Translations under genes and position numbers: made by a program
The notes under the pieces: generated by a model
Seen by the model: the letters and a program-made list of their open reading frames with translations, nothing else
What the model was told of the DNA's origin: nothing
The model's database searches: none
NCBI GenBank assembly: GCA_963718915.1
Contig: CAVRAI010000003.1
Span: 180,001 to 212,000, forward strand
Length of the DNA stretch: 32,000 nucleotides
Source: an uncultured Chloroflexia bacterium
GTDB lineage: Bacteria > Chloroflexota > Ktedonobacteria > Ktedonobacterales > JADMIN01
Direction: 5' to 3'
In this document: positions 22,798 to 30,217 of the stretch, in pieces
How the letters are laid out: every line of letters starts with the position of its first letter
How positions within the stretch are numbered: the first letter of the stretch is position 1

Positions 22798-24057
22798 TCA
22801 ACTGCCAACCACGAGACGAAAGCCATATCCGTCGGCTAGTGAATTAGGAATGCGGCGCTGCCGGTTCGCCGTTTGCATCCATTGCCGATAACTTCGCCAG
22901 GAACCGCCGCGCAAGGTGCGCGGGCCGGGCGTGCTCAGATCCTCGCGTCCATCGTCGGCGACGTAGGGATAATCCCGATAGAGAGAGCTTGTCCATTCCT
23001 GGACATTCCCAGCCATATCGAGTGCGCCACATGGACTCCTCCCGCCTAGGAAGGCGCCTATCGGTGTCGTAGACGTGCGGGTTCCGGTTTGGACACAGAC
23101 TTTGCCGGAGTCATACTTATCTCCCCAGGGATAGACATACGCCTTCTGCGCGCGCTCATCCCAGCGCGCCGCCTTTTCCCACTCCGCCTCTGTAGGCAGT
23201 CTCCACCGCTGGCCTGTGCAGTCGGTTAGCCACTGAGCATAGGCCTGTGCGTCGTGCCAACTAACCATTACCACCGGGTGAAACGGCGTTTCCAACTGCG
23301 CTGACCAGCTAATTTGGCTTTTGACAGGATCACGCAGTTCAGGCGGTCGCGTATGACCTGCGTTGACGAAGGCCGCGTACTCCATAACGGTGACGGGATA
23401 CGCGGCAATCGAAAACGCATCCAGCGTGACCGTCATGCTCGGCATCTCACCTACGGCGGCCTCTGGATCCTGTTGATAGATGCTTCCCATAAGGAAGGGT
23501 CCGCCGGGTACGAAGCAGAGTGGCGGTGTATAATATTCAACCTGGGTGCGGTGTACATCGTATCCGAATGCGACAAGTTGGCGTCGGTTCTGGTCGGTCA
23601 GCAACGATTTCGCGGAGCGAGGCTGCGGCGTGGGTGGCGTGGGCGGGAGTCCCATCGCTTGGAAGAGCTTGTCGCGCGCCGCATCATACTCGTCGCTCAC
23701 CGCATCATAGCGAACGAGGGTCCGCCACAATACGGGCATTGTTGTCTCATCACATTGCTTGATGACGAAGGGCAAGACGCCGCGCATGCGTCCCTGGTTG
23801 GTCTCATTGAGCGCCGCGTTGACTTCATCTTGGACATACCGGGAGGCTACCGCTGCAGGTGTCATCACCAGGACAAGCCACTGCCGCCCATCCAAGCCTT
23901 CATTGATGCGCCTCACGAGGTCACCATCCGTAATGCCCGCAGTATCCACCCACACATTCGCGCCCACCGCTTGCAAATCGCTTACTAGCCGTGCAGTAAT
24001 GGTGTCTTCGTCAGGGCTGTGATGGTGACTGACAAAAATACTCGTTTGCTCTGGCAC
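22798..24057 (-). CDS. TIR domain fused to an FGE-sulfatase (SUMF1/EgtB-C/PvdO-like) domain
   Basis: GTG 24057 is preceded by GGGGAGG at 6-nt spacing. TIR part: TSIFVSHHHSPDED..., GANVWVDTAGITDGD, QWLVLVMTPAAVASRYVQDEVNAAL. Pro/Thr linker: PPTPPTPQP. FGE fold: GGPFLMGS, HPVVMVSWHDAQAYAQWL, WRLPTEAEWEKAARW, YPWGD, LDMAGNVQEWTSS, LRGGSW, YGFRLV. Confidence 0.85.
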   Translation of the reverse strand: MPEQTSIFVSHHHSPDEDTITARLVSDLQAVGANVWVDTAGITDGDLVRRINEGLDGRQWLVLVMTPAAVASRYVQDEVNAALNETNQGRMRGVLPFVIKQCDETTMPVLWRTLVRYDAVSDEYDAARDKLFQAMGLPPTPPTPQPRSAKSLLTDQNRRQLVAFGYDVHRTQVEYYTPPLCFVPGGPFLMGSIYQQDPEAAVGEMPSMTVTLDAFSIAAYPVTVMEYAAFVNAGHTRPPELRDPVKSQISWSAQLETPFHPVVMVSWHDAQAYAQWLTDCTGQRWRLPTEAEWEKAARWDERAQKAYVYPWGDKYDSGKVCVQTGTRTSTTPIGAFLGGRSPCGALDMAGNVQEWTSSLYRDYPYVADDGREDLSTPGPRTLRGGSWRSYRQWMQTANRQRRIPNSLADGYGFRLVVGS

Positions 24058-24415
24058 CTGAGGCCTCCCCGCTTAGCACATCGCCGACTGATGGAGGCAG
24101 TATACAGCCTGCGTCAAGACACGAGGGCATGATAGAGAGCAAACATCCGCTAAGTCAGGCTCTATGGCACGGTGTACCGGAAGAAGCACGCAAATGGCTA
24201 TTCGCGATGATTACGTGCTCTCGCGCTTCAGGTGCCATCTCATTCTATTATTGGCGATCCGAGCAAGCCAGAAATTATGAGCGCCAACGGCTACGTCACG
24301 GTGTAGACACGCAGAAAGGAGTTGTGGGACGAGCTACGTAAGGCGCTCGCTAAGTGCGACGAGCGGCAGCGGCAACTCACCGACCGTCGCTCGTCACAGC
24401 AATCGAGGCGCTCAT

Positions 24416-25795
24416 CTATGTCCTTCCAGCGGGAACTGGCTCTGGCTCGGCGGGGATTGCGTGTTGCTCCGGCTGGCGCATCGGCGTAATGATACGCGCG
24501 CCATGCTCGTAGGTGAAGTACTCCCACGCCCACTGCACCATCACCAGCAGCCGATTGCGGAAGCCGATGAGATACAGGATGTGGACGCCCAGCCAGAGCA
24601 CCCACGCGATGAAGCCGCTCACCCGCGCGAACCCGAAGTCGGCGATGGCGAATGAACGGCCAATCGTCGCCAGATTGCCCTTGTTGAAGTACTTGAATGG
24701 GCGCGGACTCTCGCGTCCCTCCACTCGCGCGCGAATCGTCCGGCCAACGTAGCGGCCCTGCTGCATCGCGACCGGCGCGACCCCCGGCAGCGGCTTGCCG
24801 TCGGCTCCCGCGGCGCTGGCGGTATCGCCCAGCACGAAAATCTCAGGATGGCCGGGAACGCTCAGGTCGCCATTCACGACAACGCGGCCCGCCCGGTCAG
24901 ACTCCGCGCCAATCCACGCACCCGCTGGCGACGCCTTCACGCCCGCCGCCCAGATAACCGTCTTCGACGCGATCCGCTCGCCCGCGACGATCACCCCATC
25001 GGCGTCCACCTCCTCGACCCGCGCGCCCGTACGCGCCTCCACCCCCAGCTTCGCCAACTTCCGGGTGGCTTTCTCGCTCAGCGACTCCGGGAACGTGTTG
25101 AGCAATCGTGGCAGCGCCTCGATCAGCACGATACGCGCTGAGGTGACATCGATATGGCGGAAGTCGCCGCGCAGGGTGCGATGCGCCAGCTCGGCGATGG
25201 CCCCCGCCAGCTCCACGCCGGTCGGCCCGCCGCCGACGATCACAAACGTCAGCAGCGCACGCGCACGCTCGGGATCGTTGCCCGCCAGCAGCTCGGCCTC
25301 CTCGAAGGCCAGCAGCACTTTGCGCCGGAGCGCAGTCGCGTCGGGGATTGTCTTGAGGCTCGGCGCATAGGCGGCCCAATCATCGCGGCCAAAGTAGCTC
25401 TCGCCCGCGCCGGTCGCCAGCACGAGGTAGTCATACGGCACGCTGCGTTCCGCGCCGGTGATCTCGTCGCGCACCCTTACCTGGCGCTGCGCAACATCCA
25501 CAGCGGTCGCCTCGGCCAACAGCACCTCGGTATTGCGCTGGCGCCGCAGGACCGTGCGAATCGGCGCAGTGATATCGGCCGGTGAAAGATAGGCCGTCGC
25601 CACCTGATAGAGCAGCGGCTGGAAGACGTAATGATTGTTCCGGTCGATGACGGTCACATGAACAGGCGCGCGCCCGAGCTTCAGCGCCGCCTCCAGGCCG
25701 CCGAACCCTGCGCCAACGATCACCACACGCGGTGGCTCGCTGGTAGGCCGCCGTGTCGGATATGTTGTGGAAGAGATGATCTCTGTCTCACTCAT
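24416..25795 (-). CDS. ndh: Type II NADH:quinone oxidoreductase (NDH-2), FAD/NAD(P)-binding
   Basis: I took the internal ATG (MSETEII...). First dinucleotide fold RVVIVGAGFGGLEAA, then NHYVFQPLLYQVAT, second fold TFVIVGGGPTGVELAG, then GDTA. A C-terminal amphipathic/membrane segment is present. The 101 codons upstream in the ORF track run through a DNA repeat array and are not coding. Confidence 0.9.
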   Translation of the reverse strand: MSETEIISSTTYPTRRPTSEPPRVVIVGAGFGGLEAALKLGRAPVHVTVIDRNNHYVFQPLLYQVATAYLSPADITAPIRTVLRRQRNTEVLLAEATAVDVAQRQVRVRDEITGAERSVPYDYLVLATGAGESYFGRDDWAAYAPSLKTIPDATALRRKVLLAFEEAELLAGNDPERARALLTFVIVGGGPTGVELAGAIAELAHRTLRGDFRHIDVTSARIVLIEALPRLLNTFPESLSEKATRKLAKLGVEARTGARVEEVDADGVIVAGERIASKTVIWAAGVKASPAGAWIGAESDRAGRVVVNGDLSVPGHPEIFVLGDTASAAGADGKPLPGVAPVAMQQGRYVGRTIRARVEGRESPRPFKYFNKGNLATIGRSFAIADFGFARVSGFIAWVLWLGVHILYLIGFRNRLLVMVQWAWEYFTYEHGARIITPMRQPEQHAIPAEPEPVPAGRT

Positions 25796-25979
25796 GTTGT
25801 CCCTCGCTTTCCTCTTCCATATCAGATTATAGGCCCGCCTGTCATTCGCACCCAATGGAGTCGCTTCTGGCGCAAGCAACAGGCGCAGCCGCGCATTCGC
25901 CGTGGCCTTCAGGCTACGGAACGCATCCATGCCGTAACGAACCCCGCAAGCACTAAATAAGACGAGATCCCCAGCGGCT

Positions 25980-26045
25980 TGTGATGCGTGTGACGTTGTG
26001 ATGCGTGTGACGCTTGTGATGCGTGTGACACTTTTTGATGCGTGG
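25980..26045. repeat. Tandem array: three exact 14-mers GTGATGCGTGTGAC plus a degenerate fourth copy, giving six TGTGA pentamers at 8-9 bp spacing
   Basis: Exact copies lie at 25981-25994, 25998-26011 and 26016-26029, with a partial TGATGCGTGG at 26036-26045. TGTGA starts at 25980, 25989, 25997, 26006, 26015 and 26024. The array lies in the divergent region between ndh and the YHS gene. Confidence 0.9.
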
Positions 26046-26140
26046 CTGGCATCGTCTGTGCGGTATATTGCCTGAGTGCGCGATGAGAGCGCTACCAAGT
26101 CGTGGTATCTATAGTGTTATCCGCGAGGAGACGACGACGT

Positions 26141-26383
26141 ATGACAAATTCCGACGCCGAAGAGCAGGCCGCGTTGAACCCCAATCCGGACAACCTCGAC
26201 GAAAACGACCCCAACGTGGCGCGCGATCCCGTCTGTGGGATGCTGGTGGATAAGCGTACCGCCCAGAATACGATGTCCGCCCCGGTCAACGATAAGGGCG
26301 TGGGCACCATCTACTTCTGCTCGGCAGACTGCAAGGCGCTCTTCGAGGCGAATCCCGCCCAATACGGCTATCCGACGCTTTGA
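26141..26383 (+). CDS. YHS-domain (TRASH-like metal-binding) small protein
   Basis: DPVCGMLVDKRTA...IYFCSADCKALFEANPAQYG is the YHS domain pattern (C-G-M...F-C-S..C). I took the internal ATG (MTNSDAEE). Confidence 0.75.
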   Translation: MTNSDAEEQAALNPNPDNLDENDPNVARDPVCGMLVDKRTAQNTMSAPVNDKGVGTIYFCSADCKALFEANPAQYGYPTL

Positions 26384-26439
26384 TGCGCGGTGATCCCGCT
26401 GGCATGCCGTGTATGGGCTATTCACGAAAACATCTTCTC

Positions 26440-26463
26440 GCCCCTCCGAAGTCACGGAGGGGC
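26440..26463 (+). terminator. Stem-loop GCCCCTCCG-aagtca-CGGAGGGGC downstream of the YHS gene
   Basis: It has a 9-bp perfect GC-rich stem and a 6-nt loop, 57 nt after the stop. It is followed by GAAATTT, which is only a weak U-tract. Confidence 0.35.
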
Positions 26464-26694
26464 GAAATTTCAGGGCTGCGAGGGGACAAAGCCATGCGGC
26501 GCGTCATCGCCATTTGCTTGTGCGGCCACCTATTGGGTACACTGGCGGGTAGAGATGAAACGGGCGCCTGTGCGCTTGTACGCGTAAGGTGCGATGGTGG
26601 CTGTCCTGGTATGCGCTGCACGCCTTGTGCTGGACATCGGGTCGTCAGGGAAGAGACGTCACCCACCTGTGAAGCCGCAACTGGAGGGTGAGTT

Positions 26695-27474
26695 ATGCGT
26701 CTCAAGACTGGCCAACACGCGCCCGTCTTTATCCAGCGAGATATGTACGAGCAACCGGTCTCGCTCTCGCAGTATTGGGGGCGGAAGCTGCTGCTTTCGT
26801 TCTATCGTGGCGCGGTCTGCCCGCTCTGTAACCTGCGCCTGCGCTATCTCATCGATCACTACGATAACTATCGGCGGCAGGGCCTGGAGATGATCGTCTT
26901 CTTCGAGTCGTCGCCAGAGATGGCGCGCCGCTACCTGGAGCGCCAGCGGCCACCGTTCCCGATCATCCCCGACCTGGGGCGTATGGTCTATAGCCTCTAT
27001 GGTCTGGAATCCTCGCTCTTTGGCGCCATGAAAGCCCGCCTCTTTCGAGGTTCCCAGTATCGCCAGGCGGCGCGCTACCAGATTGGCGGCAATTTCTGGC
27101 AGAACCTCTCCCAAATGGACGGCGTATTTGGCCGCAAGCCCGCCGACTTCCTGCTCAGCCCCGATCTGCGCATTCAGTCGGCCTATTATGGACGCGACGC
27201 GGGCGACTTTATGCCCTTCGCGGAGATCGATCGCTTTCTGGTGGCGCGTCCCGAATCGCTCTGGCCCGACAACTACGGACGCGCACAGGCGCACCGCTCC
27301 CGCAATTCGGGATATCCCGACCCACATGGCCCCGCTTCGGGTCGTTCCAATCCTGGCCAGGGCCGTTCCGCGCCGGGCAATTACGGCGATTATGGCGCCT
27401 ATCCCTCAGGCCAATCGCGCCCGGATGACTGGCGTTCGGGTGGCTCCGGTGGCTCGGGCAATTCGGGGTGGTGA
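26695..27474 (+). CDS. AhpC/TSA-redoxin-like thioredoxin-fold protein with a Gly/Ser/Pro-rich C-terminal tail
   Basis: RBS GGAGGG upstream. LKTGQHAPVFIQRDMYEQPVSLSQYWGRKLLLSFYRGAVCPLCNLRLRYL shows the CxxC on a redoxin fold. The tail is YPDPHGPASGRSNPGQGRSAPGNYGDYGAYPSGQSRPDDWRSGGSGGSGNSGW. Confidence 0.8.
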   Translation: MRLKTGQHAPVFIQRDMYEQPVSLSQYWGRKLLLSFYRGAVCPLCNLRLRYLIDHYDNYRRQGLEMIVFFESSPEMARRYLERQRPPFPIIPDLGRMVYSLYGLESSLFGAMKARLFRGSQYRQAARYQIGGNFWQNLSQMDGVFGRKPADFLLSPDLRIQSAYYGRDAGDFMPFAEIDRFLVARPESLWPDNYGRAQAHRSRNSGYPDPHGPASGRSNPGQGRSAPGNYGDYGAYPSGQSRPDDWRSGGSGGSGNSGW

Positions 27475-27494
27475 GCGCCTGTTCGCGGTACTCG

Positions 27495-27929
27495 TTACTG
27501 GTCCTGGCGGATTCGCGTCGGCGTGATACGGATGGTCTGCGTGTAGACTTGCGCCATCCGCTCAAGCGTCACACCATTCCGTTCAGCCAGGGGAGCATAT
27601 TTCGTAGCGTAGGCTGGCATCATGAACTCGATACCGGGTTCATCCACCACCGTCGCCATGCCCTCCACCACCACAGGGGTATTATTGTGGCCAAAGTTGT
27701 CGAGCGCCAGTGAAGCATGCGCATTCTGGCGCACATTGCGGATCTTGACTGTATCGGGTGGGCTGAAAACGAGAACTGTCGAGCCGTCCCACAGGAAACA
27801 CACTGGAACTGTGTGGGGACTGCCATCTGGACGGATCGTCGTGAGATACGCGAACTCTTCCTCTTGCAGCCGCGCCGCGATGCCCGCCTGGCGCGGATCA
27901 GATAAATCCAGCATTGGCCTCAACTCCAT
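27495..27929 (-). CDS. Pyridoxamine 5'-phosphate oxidase (PPOX)-class, probably F420/FMN-binding split-barrel protein
   Basis: FAYLTTIRPDGSPHTVPVCFLWDGSTVLVFS...KIRNVRQNAHASLAL is the typical PPOX-class barrel. The alternative start is ATG 27914. Confidence 0.8.
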   Translation of the reverse strand: MELRPMLDLSDPRQAGIAARLQEEEFAYLTTIRPDGSPHTVPVCFLWDGSTVLVFSPPDTVKIRNVRQNAHASLALDNFGHNNTPVVVEGMATVVDEPGIEFMMPAYATKYAPLAERNGVTLERMAQVYTQTIRITPTRIRQDQ

Positions 27930-28375
27930 TCAACGTTTTCCCGGTCACTGGCATTCCGGTCGCGAGACGCGCAAATCAGAGCGTGCCCGCGTCTCAAGCT
28001 TCCAGATATACGTTGAGGCGCTGACACACGCGGCGACATACAATACTAGCGTACAATAATTGCCAGACCCGCAGGTGTCAAGATATGCCGATAGATTGCG
28101 CGAACGGTTACTCCGTTGTTTACTGCTCCGCCAGCAATCCATCGGCCCCAGGTCACGACTTCTGTTGAGGAATTTATCGTTTACGTCCTATGAATGACCT
28201 GTATTATATGAGCGCATGTATTATAGAAATCCTCATAGGACAGATGACAGACCCCTTGTGGAAATCTACACTGTGCACGCCACCCGTGAACCACGCACGA
28301 AACAGATTGACACTGACGAGAGAATAGTCACAGCAGCGCTTACTATGCCGACAATCTGGAGAAAGGAATTCCGAT

Positions 28376-29083
28376 ATGTCCGATCAGCCCCTTGCCGAGG
28401 TTTTTGGTTTCCCTCCAGGCAATTTTTCGGACGGGGCTATTTCGAGCCGGAATAACCGCCTCTGTCCATACAACAATGGTGTTCCAAACTGTACCAAAGT
28501 CAGCAAAATGGATCCCCTGGGTGTATGCGGCGTACACAGTGGTGGAAACGCTGTAATCACCTGCCCTGTGCGCTTCCGCGAGAACTGGATCATTGCTGAA
28601 GGCACCGCACGGTTTTTCTTTCCAGCGGGGACGCAATGGACAGCAATAACTGAGGTTCGGCTGCGCGATAACCAGGATATGCCAGCGGGCAATATTGATA
28701 TGGTGCTCGTCGCTTATGATGACCATCGCCAACTGCTCGATTTCGGCGCGGTAGAAATTCAATCGGTCTACATCAGCGGCAACGTACGCCAACCGTTCGA
28801 TTACTACATGGAAGATCCCGCCAACAGACACACGATGCAATGGCAGGGCCAGGTGCGCCCAGACTTCCTATCCTCATCACGCAAGCGCCTGGCGCCACAA
28901 CTCATGTATAAGGGCAATATCATCAACGGTTGGGGCAAGAAGCTAGCCGTCGTTCTTGATCGAAGCTTTTTCCAGACTTTGCCCACGCTGACAGAAGTGA
29001 GTGTCGAAGAGTCAGACATGGCCTGGTTCATCTATGACCTGGAGTTGGATGCCAGCGAGAACCGATATCATCTCAAGCACTGA
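28376..29083 (+). CDS. NotI-family type II restriction endonuclease (PD-(D/E)XK with N-terminal Cys4 cluster), apparently frameshifted near its C-terminus
   Basis: It resembles NotI as I remember it. AEVFGFP...CPYNNGVPNCTKVSKMDPLGVCGVHSGGNAVITCPVRF supplies four Cys. NIDMVLV plus FGAVEIQSVYISG is a D...E-x-Q catalytic pattern. PDFLSSSRKRLAPQLMYKG and MAWFIYDLELD also match. After TGA at 29081-29083, the +1 frame continues to 29201 with RTVYTMFAAALQRISQSAAGPIEQFVANLQTRL, which aligns to the NotI C-terminal region. Confidence 0.7.
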   Translation: MSDQPLAEVFGFPPGNFSDGAISSRNNRLCPYNNGVPNCTKVSKMDPLGVCGVHSGGNAVITCPVRFRENWIIAEGTARFFFPAGTQWTAITEVRLRDNQDMPAGNIDMVLVAYDDHRQLLDFGAVEIQSVYISGNVRQPFDYYMEDPANRHTMQWQGQVRPDFLSSSRKRLAPQLMYKGNIINGWGKKLAVVLDRSFFQTLPTLTEVSVEESDMAWFIYDLELDASENRYHLKH

Positions 29084-29367
29084 TAGGACTGTGTACACCA
29101 TGTTCGCGGCTGCTTTACAGCGCATCTCGCAATCGGCTGCGGGGCCAATAGAGCAATTCGTCGCAAACCTTCAGACAAGGCTTGATCACCAGAAGTCGTA
29201 GCCAGAGCGTGTGGACACTTTCCGCTTTTCCACGTGCGGGCGCATAATAATCTGGCAAGGAGTTCATTCAGGTTGGCTGTCATACAAGAAATGGCACGTG
29301 CGCATATGCAACAATTAGCGCTTTTCGATGCAATGGGCACGAAATCGAATCTACCCGGATTGTCAAC

Positions 29368-30216
29368 GTGTCTTCGGTTCCGCAGCGAAGCCCGTTTCGC
29401 TATCCCGGTGGAAAAACCTGGCTTGTGCCACGTCTTCGCCAGTGGCTGATGACGCTTGACGTACGCCCTGCTCTCTTCTCGAACCATTCGCTGGAGGCGG
29501 CAGCATCAGCTTGACAGTTGCCTTTGAACGGCTGGCAGACCATATCGTCATGGTCGAGCTGGACAAACAGGTCGCTGCTGTGTGGCACACCATGCTGGAA
29601 GCGTGATGGCGAGTGGCTAGCCGATGCGATGGTTCGCTTTGAACTCACACCACATACTGTCGCCGAAGCGCTTGGAAGAGCCGATTCTGTGGTGTCGGTA
29701 AGGGAACGCGCCTTCAACACACTACTAAAGAATCGCGTCAACCGGGGAGGAATTCATCGCTCCCGGCGCGGGGTTGGTGAAGCAAGGCGAGAATGGGCGG
29801 GGGCTTGCCTCACGTTGGTATCCTTCTACTCTTAAGCGTCGCATTCTTGATATCGTGACTATTCGCGATCACATTACATTTATCGAGGGCGATGGGTTAG
29901 AAATTATGCGGAGTCATGCTGCTGAGCGAAACATGTGGCTTTTTTTATTGATCCTCCATATACCGCTGCTGGCAAGAAAGCGGGGAGCAGGCTCTATAAT
30001 TGCTCTCAACTGAACCACGAAGAACTCTTCGATATCGTCGCTGACTATCGCTGCAAGGTCATTTCCTAATGACCTATGATGATACTAGAGGAGGTGCGTG
30101 AGCTTGCCCGAAAGCATGGTTTCTGCGATCAGGGCTGTGGCGATGAAGAATACCCATCATGCGAAAATGACAGAGCTCTTATCAGCCGCGATATGAGCTG
30201 GCTGCTTATGATCTAG
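29368..30216 (+). pseudogene. Dam-like (D12 class, alpha-type) DNA amino-methyltransferase, heavily degraded
   Basis: The motifs are spread over all three forward frames. They are PFRYPGGKTWLVPRLRQWL (f1), EPFAGGGSISLTVAF...VELDKQVAAVWHTML (f3), NTLLKNRVNRGG (f1), APGAGLVKQGENGRGLASRWYPSTLKRRI...ITFIEGDGLEIM (f2), FFIDPPYTAAGKKAGSRLY...HEELFDIV (f1, ends in TAA TGA), LMTYDDT (f3), EEVRELARKHGF (f1), AVAMKNTHHAKMTELL (f2) and ISRDMSWL (f1). Confidence 0.8.
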
Positions 30217-30217
30217 C

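Noticed and set aside
24129-24341. 70-codon ORF in the spacer upstream of the TIR gene
   Set aside because: It has no RBS, no homology I recognise and poor codon bias. The 358-bp spacer itself remains unexplained, and I mention it under the TIR finding.
25980-26045. Repeat array considered as a CRISPR
   Set aside because: The repeat units are only 14 bp with 3-4 bp linkers, there are no spacers of 25-40 bp, and no cas genes lie in the window. I reported it as a regulatory-type tandem repeat instead.
26494-26691. 65-codon Cys-rich ORF (9 Cys) between the YHS and redoxin genes, with a GAGGGG RBS-like element
   Set aside because: The metal/redox context is tempting, but third-position GC is clearly lower than in the neighbouring genes and there is no recognisable metallothionein or zinc-ribbon spacing. 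It could simply be the redoxin leader. It is worth checking only if ribosome profiling or proteomics data exist.
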